Of a stretch of DNA of 64,000 nt, positions 10,325 to 23,260 are shown piece after piece. The notes below the pieces were generated by a model. That model saw only the letters and a program-made list of their open reading frames with translations, was not told the origin of the DNA and did not search any database. The stretch spans positions 47,500 through 111,499 of the forward strand of contig CANJJT010000002.1 in the NCBI GenBank assembly GCA_947474715.1, read 5' to 3'. Position 1 is the first letter of the stretch, and every line of letters begins with the position of its first letter. The position numbers and the translations under genes are program-made. Source of the stretch: Betaproteobacteria bacterium (GTDB taxonomy: Bacteria > Pseudomonadota > Gammaproteobacteria > Burkholderiales > SG8-39).

Positions 10325-11314
10325 TCAGTAACGTCGGTCGACTGCAAACCTTGCAAGGCTGGTCAGGCATTTCTTGTAGTCCGAATCAGGCAGCAAGGCA
10401 ATGGCCGTGATTGCCTGCTCGGCCTCCCGGCGTGCAGCAGCGCAGGCGTATTCAAGTGAACCCGTTGCCTGGATCGCCGCCAATACACCCTCGAATCCCT
10501 CCCGCCCACCATGCTCGATCGCATTGCGCACGAGGCTTGCATGCTCGGGTGAACCGGTTTGCAGCACATGTATCAGCGGTAACGTAGGCTTGCCCTCATT
10601 CAGGTCATCACCCAGATTCTTGCCGGTCGCTGCAGCATCTCCAGAGTAGTCCAGCACATCGTCGATCAACTGAAAAGCCGTGCCCAGGTGCATTCCGTAG
10701 CGAGCCAGTCCACCCTCTATGTCCGTAGGCGCCTTGGCCACTATGCCGCCAATCTGGCCAGCCGCCTCGAACAGCTTGGCCGTCTTGCGATGGATTATGC
10801 GCAGATACCCGGCTTCCCCGATATCGGGATTGCGGGCGTTGAGAAGCTGAAGAACCTCTCCCTCTGCAATCGCATTGGTGGCGTTGGCCAGCACTTCCAT
10901 GACCCGCATGTCCCCGACTGAGACCATCATCTGGAAGGCCCGCGAGTACAGAAAATCACCGACCAGCACGCTGGCGGCGTTGCCGAACTCCGTATTCGCG
11001 GTCTTGCGACCTCGCCTGAGATCGGACTCGTCCACCACGTCGTCATGCAGTAATGTGGCGGTGTGTATGAACTCCACTACTGCCGCAAGATCTATGTGAG
11101 AGGCGCCAGCGTAACCCGATGCGCGCGCAGCCAGTATCACCAACGCCGGCCGGAGGCGCTTGCCCCCCCCGCCGATAATGTGATCCGCAACCAGCCCCAC
11201 CAAAGCGACATCGGAGGAAAGCCGCGCCCGGATCTGCCGATCCACGGCCTCCATGTCGGCAGACACCACTGAACGAATGAAATCAGGCTGCAAGATCCAG
11301 ATCTTCCGATGCAC
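10325..11314 (-). CDS. ispB: Octaprenyl-diphosphate synthase (trans-polyprenyl synthetase)
   Basis: DDxxD motifs LLHDDVVDESDLRRG and FQLIDDVLDY. Divergent from rplU-rpmA as in many proteobacteria. Confidence 0.9.
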   Translation of the reverse strand: MHRKIWILQPDFIRSVVSADMEAVDRQIRARLSSDVALVGLVADHIIGGGGKRLRPALVILAARASGYAGASHIDLAAVVEFIHTATLLHDDVVDESDLRRGRKTANTEFGNAASVLVGDFLYSRAFQMMVSVGDMRVMEVLANATNAIAEGEVLQLLNARNPDIGEAGYLRIIHRKTAKLFEAAGQIGGIVAKAPTDIEGGLARYGMHLGTAFQLIDDVLDYSGDAAATGKNLGDDLNEGKPTLPLIHVLQTGSPEHASLVRNAIEHGGREGFEGVLAAIQATGSLEYACAAARREAEQAITAIALLPDSDYKKCLTSLARFAVDRRY

Positions 11315-11415
11315 AAAACATTATTTAATTCATAGTGTTATGACGTTGACCGCGTCCCAAGCCATAGTTTCAGCGAGCACTCCAGTCACACGGTTTCTAG
11401 AATACCATGGGAGGC

Positions 11416-11445
11416 TTGTTCGTTTGGTCCTGGCTGACGTATAAT
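11416..11445 (+). promoter_or_regulatory. Putative sigma-70 promoter of rplU-rpmA
   Basis: TTGTTC (11416-11421), 18-nt spacer, perfect TATAAT (11440-11445), about 30 nt upstream of the rplU ATG. Confidence 0.5.
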
Positions 11446-11476
11446 TGTTGGTTCTCAAAGCAATTCGGAGCAGGTC

Positions 11477-11788
11477 ATGTACGCTGTAATCAAGACCGGC
11501 GGAAAGCAGTACCGCGTCAGCGAAGGCGAAAAACTAAAAGTCGAAAGTCTTGTTGCCGACGTTGGCAGCGAACTGGTTCTGGACAAGGTTCTCGCTTGTG
11601 GGGAAGGTGAGTCCGTGAAGATCGGAACCCCTCTGGTTCAAGGCGCCCAGGTGAAAGCCCGGGTCGTGGCGCATGGCCTCGGCGTCAAAGTCAAGATTTT
11701 CAAGCTTCGCCGCAGAAAGCACTATCAGAAACATCAGGGGCACAGGCAGGCTTACACCGAGATTGAGATCACCGGCATTTCGGCCTGA
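11477..11788 (+). CDS. rplU: 50S ribosomal protein L21
   Basis: [23 protein letters not shown]..., 103 aa. Confidence 0.97.
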   Translation: MYAVIKTGGKQYRVSEGEKLKVESLVADVGSELVLDKVLACGEGESVKIGTPLVQGAQVKARVVAHGLGVKVKIFKLRRRKHYQKHQGHRQAYTEIEITGISA

Positions 11789-11806
11789 TCTTCCAGGAGA
11801 AAATTC

Positions 11807-14260
<2,454 letters not shown>

Positions 14261-14286
14261 ATCACTTCAATATCAGGCTCAGGGCC

Positions 14287-14892
14287 TCAACGCTCGAAAC
14301 CACCACGTCGTATATTCCTGATTGCATCTGAAACGGATGTGACGCGGGCCAGTCGGGGACAAAAATACTCCCTGGCAAGTTCGTTATGGTGACTCCTGAG
14401 GTTGGCTGCATAGCCCCCCCAGGCTGAAGCGCGGGCGACACCCCAAGTCTTGTCTGACTTTCCGATAGCGTAGAGTTTTCTTTCCCGCGTTTCGCAGCGG
14501 ACTCCCTCGAAGCTGACGTTCTCCCCTCCGGACTGGCTCCTGGCAACCATCACATACCGGATCACGCCATCCTGACCAATATCTATTGAGGTCGCATCAA
14601 CGGCCACCTCGAACGACTTCATAGACTCCAGCGGAATTCTGATCATGTTTTCCGACTTGGGAAAAGGTGGCAAACGCAAGCCCTGCTCGACCCACGGCTT
14701 TTCCTCTGAATCGTCAGACTGTGTCTGCCCCATGACGAAACCGCTGTGAAATAACAATGCGAGGCACGAAACGAGGCCAATACCGGAATGTGACAGCCAA
14801 ACCGCCCACAATCGACCAGACCACAAGGGCAGCGCCGGAAGATACTGTTTAGTCAACGAGGGCCCCCAGGGCCTTCTGGAAGCGGTTTGCAT
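14287..14892 (-). CDS. CNP1-like family periplasmic protein
   Basis: [74 protein letters not shown] resembles the CNP1-like domain often found next to proB. Start uncertain (ATG 14892, or TTG 14856 overlapping the rubrerythrin stop). Confidence 0.65.
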   Translation of the reverse strand: MQTASRRPWGPSLTKQYLPALPLWSGRLWAVWLSHSGIGLVSCLALLFHSGFVMGQTQSDDSEEKPWVEQGLRLPPFPKSENMIRIPLESMKSFEVAVDATSIDIGQDGVIRYVMVARSQSGGENVSFEGVRCETRERKLYAIGKSDKTWGVARASAWGGYAANLRSHHNELAREYFCPRLARVTSVSDAIRNIRRGGFER

Positions 14893-15262
14893 GGGATCTC
14901 CCTGCCTTAGCCAAGGTCTCAAACCAGTCGACATTCTCGTCAAAACCATTTTCACGAGCCGTCTTTGCCATCCCTGAATACCTGTCGGAGTATTCGTGTG
15001 TTTCTCCGACGATTGCCGCCTTCAGACTGCTGCGGGGCGGGCCAAATAGCAAATCAGTTGCTGGGTCTCCACATTGCTCGAGATGGCCATGCGCATGACC
15101 AGTTTCACCTTCAGCTGTCGAGCCGAATACGGCTGCCACATCATTCTGGCCTTCAATATCCGCCTTGGCAGCAAAGTATACATAACGACGATTCGCCTGG
15201 GATTCAGCAGAAAACGTGGATTTGAGGTTGGCCTGAGTCCTCGAGCCCTTCAGCTTCATCAT
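14849..15262 (-). CDS. Rubrerythrin-family (ferritin-like diiron) protein
   Basis: [63 protein letters not shown] has the diiron E/ExxH pattern. The upstream part of the 234-aa ORF overlaps rppH and was rejected. Confidence 0.8.
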   Translation of the reverse strand: MMKLKGSRTQANLKSTFSAESQANRRYVYFAAKADIEGQNDVAAVFGSTAEGETGHAHGHLEQCGDPATDLLFGPPRSSLKAAIVGETHEYSDRYSGMAKTARENGFDENVDWFETLAKAGRSHANRFQKALGALVD

Positions 15263-15320
15263 CCTCTCCCAATAACCAGTCTTGAAATCAGCTAATCGGC
15301 ATGTCGCAAGATGTAAAGCC

Positions 15321-15872
15321 TCATTCACGTGACTGATGTTTTCCCTTGGAATATTCGGGATCGATACTATCGAGCGATTCAGCAGCCCTGAACGCAATCT
15401 CATGACCCAGGAAATGTGAAAGCTCGGTGAGCGCCTGAAGATAGACATCCCGCTTGAAATCGATAACTGTCTCCAATGGAGCCCAGTACTCATGCCAGCG
15501 CCACGCATCAAATTCCGGCTTTGCGGTAGCACGGAGAGAAACATCCGTATCACGTCCTACCAGGCGGAGCAGAAACCATATCTGCTTCTGGCCGCGATAA
15601 TTGCCACGCCACTCACGCTTGAGCCACTGGTTGGGCACTTCATACCTCAGCCAGTTCCTCGTCCTGCCCAGTATCCGAACGTGGTCCGGCAACAAACCGA
15701 CTTCTTCGTGCAGTTCCCGATACATGGCCTGGACAGGTGTCTCCCCATACTTCATACCTCCCTGCGGGAACTGCCAAGAGTGCTCCCGGACACGCTTGCC
15801 CCAGAACACCTCATTTCGAGAGTTGCACAAGATGATACCGACGTTCGGGCGATAGCCTTCTCGATCGAGCAT
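15321..15872 (-). CDS. rppH: RNA pyrophosphohydrolase (NUDIX)
   Basis: [45 protein letters not shown] Nudix box. Confidence 0.92.
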   Translation of the reverse strand: MLDREGYRPNVGIILCNSRNEVFWGKRVREHSWQFPQGGMKYGETPVQAMYRELHEEVGLLPDHVRILGRTRNWLRYEVPNQWLKREWRGNYRGQKQIWFLLRLVGRDTDVSLRATAKPEFDAWRWHEYWAPLETVIDFKRDVYLQALTELSHFLGHEIAFRAAESLDSIDPEYSKGKHQSRE

Positions 15873-15994
15873 GCCTGAATACCAGTATGGATTGTCTTGA
15901 TTCTTTCACATTTTCAGCCTCTCATGGAGATGCTCGGATAGACGCCGATGACGTTCCAGTAAAATGGAGGTTTATTCCCTTACTCAAAATCACC

Positions 15995-17722
15995 ATGCGC
16001 GCCAGCAGGTTTCTCATCTCGACACTCAAGGAACCACCCTCAGAAGCGGAGGTAGTCAGCCACAAACTGATGTTGCGGGCCGGGATGGTGCGGCGTCTCG
16101 CCGGCGGCATTTATAGCTGGATGCCATTGGGATTGCGTGTTGTAAGAAAAATTGAGGGGGTAATCCGATCGGAAATGAACCGGGCGGGTGCCATAGAACT
16201 GTCCATGCCGCTGGTTCAACCAGCAGAGCTTTGGCAAGAATCTGGTCGCTGGAAGGACTATGGTGCCGAACTTCTTCGCTTCAAGGACAGGCATGACAGG
16301 GATTTCGTCATTCAGCCGACTTCAGAGGAAGTGGTGACCGACATTGCCCGTAGCGAAATTCGGAGCTATCGTCAGTTGCCTCTGCATCTGTACCAGATAC
16401 AGACCAAATTTCGGGACGAACGTCGCCCGAGATTCGGCGTGATGCGAGGTCGCGAGTTCATAATGAAGGATGGGTATTCATTCCATAGCAACTCAGAGGA
16501 TCTGAGACGTGAATACAGCGTCATGCATGACACATACACCCGGATTTTTACACGTTTGGGGCTAGATTTCCGGGCTGTAGCCGCCGATACCGGAACAATT
16601 GGCGGAACTGGTTCACATGAGTTCCACGTTCTGGCAGATTCCGGCGAGGACGCAATTGCGTTTTCACCAGCCTCCGACTACGCAGCAAACGTCGAACTGG
16701 CGGAAGCATTGGCTCCAGCAGCACCAAGACAGCCACCGACGCAAGGTATGCAGCGCATCTCGACACCAGACAAAAAAACCTGTGCGCAGGTGGTTGAACA
16801 ACTCGGCTTGCCACTCTCCCGCTCTGTCAAGGCCATTGCCGTTGTGCCGGACGTGCAGGGAGCCTCCGCGACAAATCTGAATCTGCTCCTGATCAGAGGT
16901 GACCATTCATTAAATGAGGTGAAAGCAAGCAAGATCGAAGGCTTGGCGTCCTTTCGCTTTGCCACAGACGGCGAGATTAGGGCAATGATGGACTGCGAGC
17001 CAGGATACATCGGGCCTGTCAGGGTGGGAAATGCCGTGAGAGTAATTGCAGATCGCTCTGTGGCCGCGATGAGTGATTTCGTATGTGGCGCCAACGAGCC
17101 AGGCTACCATCTATCCGGAGTCAACTGGCAGAGAGACTTGCCTGAACCGGTCATCGTCGCTGACATCCGGAATGTGATTAGTGGAGACCCTTCCTCTGAT
17201 GGGTCCGGCCCACTGGAGATCTGCAGGGGTATCGAAGTCGGGCATATTTTTCAGCTGGGCACAAAATACTCCAGGACGCTGAAATGCACCTACCTGGATG
17301 CAGAAGGTAAGCAGCAATTCGTGGAAATGGGTTGTTATGGCATCGGTGTAACCAGAATCGTCGGGGCAGCAATAGAACAAGGGCACGATGAGCGAGGAAT
17401 AGTATTTCCTGATTCAATCGCCCCATTCCAACTGACGATCATTCCCATCGGCATGAAGAAAAGTACAGCTGTTCGCGAAGTCGCGGAAGCACTTTACAAG
17501 ACTTTTCTGGAGGCAGGAATTGATGTGCTGCTGGATGACCGGGACGAACGACCTGGCGTGCTCTTGGCCGATTCCGAACTAATGGGAATCCCGCATCGGG
17601 TGGTCATTGGGGAGCGAAGCATCAAGCAAGGTGCAGTCGAGTATCAGACCAGAACCGCGAAGCAACCCTCGCAGATCCCGCTGACCGAGGCAGCCCGCAT
17701 AATCCTGGAGAAACTTGGATAA
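15995..17722 (+). CDS. proS: Proline--tRNA ligase
   Basis: [46 protein letters not shown]..; class II motifs; 575 aa from the internal ATG at 15995. Confidence 0.95.
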   Translation: MRASRFLISTLKEPPSEAEVVSHKLMLRAGMVRRLAGGIYSWMPLGLRVVRKIEGVIRSEMNRAGAIELSMPLVQPAELWQESGRWKDYGAELLRFKDRHDRDFVIQPTSEEVVTDIARSEIRSYRQLPLHLYQIQTKFRDERRPRFGVMRGREFIMKDGYSFHSNSEDLRREYSVMHDTYTRIFTRLGLDFRAVAADTGTIGGTGSHEFHVLADSGEDAIAFSPASDYAANVELAEALAPAAPRQPPTQGMQRISTPDKKTCAQVVEQLGLPLSRSVKAIAVVPDVQGASATNLNLLLIRGDHSLNEVKASKIEGLASFRFATDGEIRAMMDCEPGYIGPVRVGNAVRVIADRSVAAMSDFVCGANEPGYHLSGVNWQRDLPEPVIVADIRNVISGDPSSDGSGPLEICRGIEVGHIFQLGTKYSRTLKCTYLDAEGKQQFVEMGCYGIGVTRIVGAAIEQGHDERGIVFPDSIAPFQLTIIPIGMKKSTAVREVAEALYKTFLEAGIDVLLDDRDERPGVLLADSELMGIPHRVVIGERSIKQGAVEYQTRTAKQPSQIPLTEAARIILEKLG

Positions 17723-17730
17723 CCGACTCA

Positions 17731-18342
17731 ATGCGATCTCACGCCTTGACGACGGTTTTTCTGGCGATCCTGAGCTCGACGCAATCGTTGGCTGGCAACC
17801 AGCTGTATGAACCGCTCGTGGCCAGTGTCCAGGCAGGATTGCGCTCATCGATTGCAGACCGTCCTGCCCCGATGCATGGATTCAAGGATGGACTAAAGGC
17901 TGCCGATTGGTTGGCCGAAATGTCCCGCAGACTTGAAAAACGTCTACCAGCCTTCGAGGCTAGACTGGATTTCCTGCGAAGCGCCCACTATGAGGCGACA
18001 CGAGCAGGACTGGATCCCCAGTTGGTTCTCGCCTTGATCCAGGTGGAAAGTAATTTTCGAAAATATGCAGTCTCGGTCGCTGGTGCACGGGGGTACATGC
18101 AGGTAATGCCATTCTGGGTGAGCCTGATCGGGCGAAATGGTGACAATCTGTTCAGCCTGCGCACCAATTTGCGATATGGCTGTGTGATTCTCCGGCACTA
18201 TCTTGACATCGAAAAAGGCGACCTCTGGCGGACGCTGGCCCGTTATAACGGCAGCCTTGGGAGGACGGATTACCCCAGGCTGGTAATGGCAACCATGAAG
18301 ACGCACTGGCAATATGACAGTGCAACCACACCTACTCACTAG
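17731..18342 (+). CDS. Lytic transglycosylase (SLT domain), secreted
   Basis: Signal peptide, then LIQVESNFRKYAVSVAGARGYMQVMPFW catalytic motif. Confidence 0.8.
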   Translation: MRSHALTTVFLAILSSTQSLAGNQLYEPLVASVQAGLRSSIADRPAPMHGFKDGLKAADWLAEMSRRLEKRLPAFEARLDFLRSAHYEATRAGLDPQLVLALIQVESNFRKYAVSVAGARGYMQVMPFWVSLIGRNGDNLFSLRTNLRYGCVILRHYLDIEKGDLWRTLARYNGSLGRTDYPRLVMATMKTHWQYDSATTPTH

Positions 18343-18399
18343 CCGATGAGTAAGACGACTAATGTGGAGCATTCGAATCAAACTGCTGTCTCATTGAGT

Positions 18400-19205
18400 A
18401 TGAAACGAGACGGTAGAACTTTGGATCACAAAACGCTGGAAGCCATCAGGTTGATGGCTGTCGAGCAGGTGCGTGAAGGCGCACGGCTTCAATCGCACGA
18501 CGATTTACACATGGATTAAAACCGCGCTCAGACCCGGTGTGGGCATCAAGGCGTTCGATCGACAAGGGCGACCGGTCGCCCGCGCAGTCTGACGCCGACG
18601 CAGGCAGCGCAGGTCTTTCGGTGGGTCAACGGCGGTGACCCACGACAGTACGGCCTGGACTTCGGTTTGTGGACGCGCGCGATCGTGGTCGAACTGATCG
18701 ATCAGAAGTTTGGCCTACGGCTTGGCCAGTCGGCGGTGGGCGAATTGCTGGCCAAGCTGGGCCTGACACCGCAGAAGCCCTTGCAGCGCGACTTCGGCGG
18801 TGAATGCCAAGGCAGCGTTCTGGTTCAGCACCTACGCGGGTGGGCTCAACGCGGAGCTGTTCATCGAATTGCTGAAGAAAATGATGAAGTCACCGAAGGA
18901 AACCCAGCCATCGGGTGCTCGATCGTTTGCCTGCGTACAAGACCGCACTCGTGAGGAAATACGTTGCATCGACCGAGGGTCTTTTGACGCCGCACTTTCT
19001 GCCCGGTTACGCACCTGACTTGAATCCCGACAAGTTGGTGTGGAGCCATGTCAAACGCACCGGGACCGGACGGCATCCCTTGCAAAAAGGCGAGAAACTA
19101 CGTGACAAATCGAGGAGCGGCTTGCTGCACTCCAAAGATTGCCGCTTCTCGTTCGTTCATTCTTCAATGCTCCATCTGTCGCCTATATTGGCGACAGATG
19201 AGTAA
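18400..19205 (+). mobile_element. Decayed IS630-family transposase gene (frameshifted, internally deleted)
   Basis: Pieces lie in three frames: MKRDGRTLDHKTLEAIRLMAVEQVREG; GLDFGLWTRAIVVELIDQKFGLRLGQSAVGELLAKLGLTPQKPLQR; AAFWFSTYAGGLNAELFIELLKKMM; LTPHFLPGYAPDLNPDKLVWSHVKRTG. Most of the DDE core is missing. Confidence 0.8.
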
Positions 19206-19227
19206 AGGTAAAAGATGATGGAGCTTC

Positions 19228-19953
19228 TTATCTTTCGGCAAAAACAGATCTTATTGTGTCCTGGATGGCTTCAGCAGCCGCACGAGGATCAGGCGCCTGT
19301 CGTATCGGTCTTCCAACTACTATGTAGTCGGCGCCATTAAGGAACGCTTGCCTGACATCTACCGTCCTTTTCTGATCATCAGCGGGGCGGTTCTCCACAG
19401 GGCGGATTCCAGGGGTAATCACCAATAATCTCTGACCCAGTTCACGCTTCAAGGCTGGCGCTTCCAGGCCAGATGAAATGACGCCGTCACAACCAGCCTC
19501 TAGTGCCCTGCGTGCCCGGGACAGGACAAGTTTCTCGACATCGCACTGAAAACCCAGATCATCGAGATCTCCCCTGTCTAGACTGGTCAATGCAGTGACT
19601 GCCAGAATTTTCACTTCCCCCTTGTCTGCGCCGGCCGCCTCAAGAATGGCCTGATTTCCGTGCACAGTAGCAAAAGTAACGCCACGATTACGCAAGCCAC
19701 GAACAGCCGCCCTCACAGTTTCAGGTACGTCAAAAAATTTCAGATCGACAAATACCTTGTTACCCCGCCGTACCAGCCATTCAACAAGCTCAAAATAGCC
19801 GCCAGACATGAATAACTCAAGACCGACCTTGTAGAAACATGCAGCATCTCCCAATAGCTCCACCAGCACCTTAGCCTCATCTGCCGAAGGCACATCAAGG
19901 GCGACAATAAGTCGCTCTCGATCGGGGATGAATTTTGGAGAGTCAGATGTCAT
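19228..19953 (-). CDS. pyrF: Orotidine 5'-phosphate decarboxylase
   Basis: LIVALDVPSADEA..FYKVGLELF..VFVDLKFFDVPETV..ILAVTALTSL motifs; 241 aa. Confidence 0.93.
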   Translation of the reverse strand: MTSDSPKFIPDRERLIVALDVPSADEAKVLVELLGDAACFYKVGLELFMSGGYFELVEWLVRRGNKVFVDLKFFDVPETVRAAVRGLRNRGVTFATVHGNQAILEAAGADKGEVKILAVTALTSLDRGDLDDLGFQCDVEKLVLSRARRALEAGCDGVISSGLEAPALKRELGQRLLVITPGIRPVENRPADDQKRTVDVRQAFLNGADYIVVGRPIRQAPDPRAAAEAIQDTIRSVFAER

Positions 19954-20496
19954 GATTAGGGTCCGGAATCTGCAGATAACGAGATTTTACTATTCTCCAG
20001 GCGTTCGAATTTGAAGCCGTCGGTGCAGACGAATTCAGATTGCCCACTCATCTACGATAACTTCGTGAAGACTCATCTGAAGCGCCTGATCCATCTGCAA
20101 GCCAACTTTGTTCATCAGAGAAGACAGCGAATCGTATGCAGGCTCCCTGGATAGACTTTCAGGGTTCGCCAGATAACTCCTTGCAATATCTGCAATCTTG
20201 TTGGACGGTGGATCACATAGCAGTGTCCACCCCCCGTTCTCAAGCCTTCCAACCCAACCATGCCTGGGCAGCCGGCTGAAGGAACGCAAGCAGGATCTCA
20301 TGGACAACCCCGAGCTGCTGGAACAGGCTGCTGCCGCAACACGCAGGAGCAAACCCAGCGCCGACAGCCAGGCACGATCACAGCGTTAGGCAGGGGACCT
20401 TCGCGACCCGGGGGCCCTCCCGAGACACCCCGCGCGCAGGCTCACCGTCGCGCGCGGGGTGGCGCACCACGCGATAGCCATCGGGCGCATCGACCG

Positions 20497-21690
20497 CTAT
20501 AGCCCGAGAATTCGCTTGGCAATGATATTGCGCTGCACCTCGTTCGAGCCTCCAACTATCGAGACGGCGCGACTGTAATAATAAGCAGCGGCAATCCCAG
20601 GAGGCCATTCCGGACCAATCGCCTCATCAGCGGCTGCCAGGAAACCTTCCTGCTTTGCCAGGGCGAGTGGACCAGCCACTTCCATCAGAAGTTCGGCAGT
20701 CAATTGCTGCAGCTCCCCTCCTTTTAACTTCAGGATGCTCGCTCTGGGATCCTGTTTGATTTCGTTTCTTTTCAGTTGGTCTGCAACGATACGCATATTG
20801 GTAATTTCAGTGGCTTTGAGATCAATTTCCAGAGCAGCCAGCCTTTCCCGAAAGCGAGAATTTTCAGCCAGCGTCTCATCGCCAACCATCACCTGTCCAG
20901 CCAGGGACTTCGCACGTTCAATACGGCCAGTCGCAAGCCCTATGCGCGCGACGTTGATTCTTGAATTGCCCATCAAGAATTTCGCATAATCCCACCCTTT
21001 ATTCTCCTCGCCTATCCGATTGCTGACCGGGACGATGACCTTGTCAAAAAATATCTCGTTCACCCGATGTCCGCCCATGATGTGGACTGGACGAATCGTA
21101 ATGCCCGGTGACTTCAGGTCCATCAACAAATAGCTGATTCCCTTTTGCTTCCTGGCGTTATCGTCAGTGCGAACCAGGCAAAACATCCAATTCGCCCTGT
21201 GGCCCTGGGTTGTCCATAGCTTCTGACCGCTTACTTCATAAAACTCTCCATTACGAACAGCTCTCGTTTTGAGCGAGGCAAGATCCGATCCGGAATCTGG
21301 CTCAGAGAAGCCCTGGCAGAACCAGTAATCAAGGTTTCTGATTTTGGGCAGGAACCGCTGTTTTTGCTCCTCCGTGCCAAAGGCGATGATGACTGGACCG
21401 ACTTGCGCGGTGTTATGGTTTTCTGGCAAGAGCGCTGGAAAACGCAGGAGTTCCTCATTGAATATATAAAGCTGGCTGGCACTCCACCCTCTGCCGCCCC
21501 ACTGTGTTGGCCAATGCGGCACAGCGAGGCCATTTTGGTCAAGAATGCGCTGCCAATTCACGTAGTCTTCATGTTCCAAGTGTTGACCAAGCTCAAGCTT
21601 CCGGCGCAGGGCAGAGGGCTGCTTGGCCCTGCAGAATTCCCTGATTTCGGCGCGCAGCAACAGATCGTTCTCGGAAAAGCGCAAATCCAT
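20497..21690 (-). CDS. Acyl-CoA dehydrogenase family protein
   Basis: 397-aa ORF with ACAD N/M/C layout (..WFCQGFSEPDSGSDLASLKT..LWTTQGHRANWMFCLVRT..YYYSRAVSIVGGSNEVQRNIIAKRILGL). Confidence 0.88.
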   Translation of the reverse strand: MDLRFSENDLLLRAEIREFCRAKQPSALRRKLELGQHLEHEDYVNWQRILDQNGLAVPHWPTQWGGRGWSASQLYIFNEELLRFPALLPENHNTAQVGPVIIAFGTEEQKQRFLPKIRNLDYWFCQGFSEPDSGSDLASLKTRAVRNGEFYEVSGQKLWTTQGHRANWMFCLVRTDDNARKQKGISYLLMDLKSPGITIRPVHIMGGHRVNEIFFDKVIVPVSNRIGEENKGWDYAKFLMGNSRINVARIGLATGRIERAKSLAGQVMVGDETLAENSRFRERLAALEIDLKATEITNMRIVADQLKRNEIKQDPRASILKLKGGELQQLTAELLMEVAGPLALAKQEGFLAAADEAIGPEWPPGIAAAYYYSRAVSIVGGSNEVQRNIIAKRILGL

Positions 21691-21715
21691 GGTCGTATCC
21701 TATTCGAATGAAACT

Positions 21716-21810
21716 CTGATCAAGTCTTGAATCGAGAATCGTCGTTCAAATGTTTCTCTGAAGTGAGGTATACCCAAGGGGGCCTAGCCCACTTGTTCAG
21801 TCCATCCCTG
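21716..21810. repeat. ~95-bp dispersed repeat, copy A (leader-like element)
   Basis: Aligns end to end (about 80% identity by eye) with 38518-38612. Starts CTGATCAAGT and contains the hairpin CAAGGGGGC-CTA-GCCCACTTG (21775-21795). The core ends 25 nt from the acyl-CoA dehydrogenase ATG. Confidence 0.8.
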
Positions 21811-21851
21811 ATAAAACACTCAAAAAGTTCCCATTCAAGGAAATAGGCAAA

Positions 21852-21918
21852 CAGTGTTTCTGCTGAAGTGGGATATGCAAGGGAAGCGGTTACGAGTCTG
21901 AGCCCGCTTGTTCTTCCT
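21852..21918. repeat. Partial third copy (A') of the same repeat
   Basis: CAGTGTTTCTGCTGAAGTGGGATATGCAAGGGAAGCGG..GAGCCCGCTTGTTCTTCC parallels the TGTTTCTCTGAAGTGAGGTATACCCAAGGGGGCCTAGCCCACTTGTTCAGTCC part of copy A, with an insertion in the hairpin. Confidence 0.6.
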
Positions 21919-22064
21919 TAATCTCAGGGTCTTGTTCGCCGGTCCTGACATGCGGCGCCTTCAGCTAAGGTTCTACCTTCGCTCCGCTCCAGCTCGCTCC
22001 GTCGATTGGAGACGAATCTTCACTTGCCAAGCTGTGCAAATCCCTGACGCCAGTTCTCATGCCC

Positions 22065-23039
22065 TTACTTGGGCACTATTCCCGCTTCTTTCAGAACCCG
22101 GCCCAAGTGAGCAACCTCATGTTGAATTCTCGCCCTGAGTTCTTCGGCTGTACTCCCTACCGGGTCCAGCCCTGCAGCAAGTAACTGTGCCTTTCCCTCG
22201 GGGCTGGCGATGAACCTCACGACTTCGCTATTGAGCCCCTTGATGATCGCATCAGGCGTTTTTGCAGGCGCAAACATGCCCACTATCGCAGCCGACTCAT
22301 AGCCAGGCAAACCGGAAGCCGCCATCGTATCCAGGCCCGGCGTCAAGGCAGAAGGACTCAGGCTCGTAACGGCCAGCGCTTTGACCTTCCCGGCCTTCCA
22401 CTGCGGCATGCCCAAGGGCACGGAAGTAAACATGAGATGCACTCTTCCACTCATTATGTCCGTCATTGCCTGACCCACCGCCTTGTAGGAGACTCGAGCC
22501 ACATCGACGCCCGCCATCGATTTGAACAGCTCACCGGCCAAGTGCGAAGCGGAGGCGGTACCGGGTGTGCCATAGTTGAGCACACCAGGCTTCTGCTTGG
22601 CCAGGGTGATCAACTCCTTAAGGGATTCAACAGGCAAAGATGGGGACACGATCAACATCTGTGGTGAGATCCCGACAAGGGTGATCGGCGAGAAGTCTCC
22701 CAGAGGATCGAAGGGCACGTCAGATTGAAAGAACTGGGTCACCCACAATGCATTGGTTGATATCAGCAAGGTGTGACCGTCTGGCTTAGCCCTGAAAACC
22801 CCTATTCCAGGAAGGACACCAGTTCCTCGATTCTCGACGATCACCGGATAAGAAAAATTCTTGCCTACCCCATGGGCGACTATACGAGAAATGACATCGC
22901 CGGACCCACCTGATCCAGTTGTCAGGATTCGAATGGGCTCACTGGGATAGGTTTGCGCGACGCTGATGTTCTGATGTAGCACACCAACCAACAGCACCAG
23001 AATGAAAACCAATGTGTGAAACATGATTTGCTCCTCCAA
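22065..23039 (-). CDS. Bug-family (TctC-like) tripartite tricarboxylate transporter substrate-binding protein, no. 1
   Basis: Signal peptide then QTYPSEPIRILTTGSGGSGD; NYGTPGTASASHLAGELF..VSYKAVGQAMTDIMSGRV are Bug hallmarks. Confidence 0.9.
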   Translation of the reverse strand: MEEQIMFHTLVFILVLLVGVLHQNISVAQTYPSEPIRILTTGSGGSGDVISRIVAHGVGKNFSYPVIVENRGTGVLPGIGVFRAKPDGHTLLISTNALWVTQFFQSDVPFDPLGDFSPITLVGISPQMLIVSPSLPVESLKELITLAKQKPGVLNYGTPGTASASHLAGELFKSMAGVDVARVSYKAVGQAMTDIMSGRVHLMFTSVPLGMPQWKAGKVKALAVTSLSPSALTPGLDTMAASGLPGYESAAIVGMFAPAKTPDAIIKGLNSEVVRFIASPEGKAQLLAAGLDPVGSTAEELRARIQHEVAHLGRVLKEAGIVPK

Positions 23040-23260
23040 AGTATCCTGACACTACTGTCCTGGACAACCGAAAAGCCGGTCTCAATCCGATGTGACTCAT
23101 AGAGGTAAGCCCCCGACTTGCCGGTGGACTCACCAAGGCCTGATCTTTCGAAGGTCTGCAGAAATTTCAATTCTTCGCCGGAAGAAAGCAAATTCATGCT
23201 GAAAGATTACCAGAGCTTTCGCCATACCGGGCACGGTCAACATTGGCCGAGACCAGACTG

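Noticed and set aside
20035-20352. 105-aa minus-strand ORF between pyrF and the acyl-CoA dehydrogenase
   Set aside because: No family recognised. Composition switches midway from a GC-rich Ser/Arg/Cys-rich 5' half to an AT-richer 3' half, which suggests a gene remnant or a chance ORF. Overlapping plus-strand ORFs are equally unconvincing.
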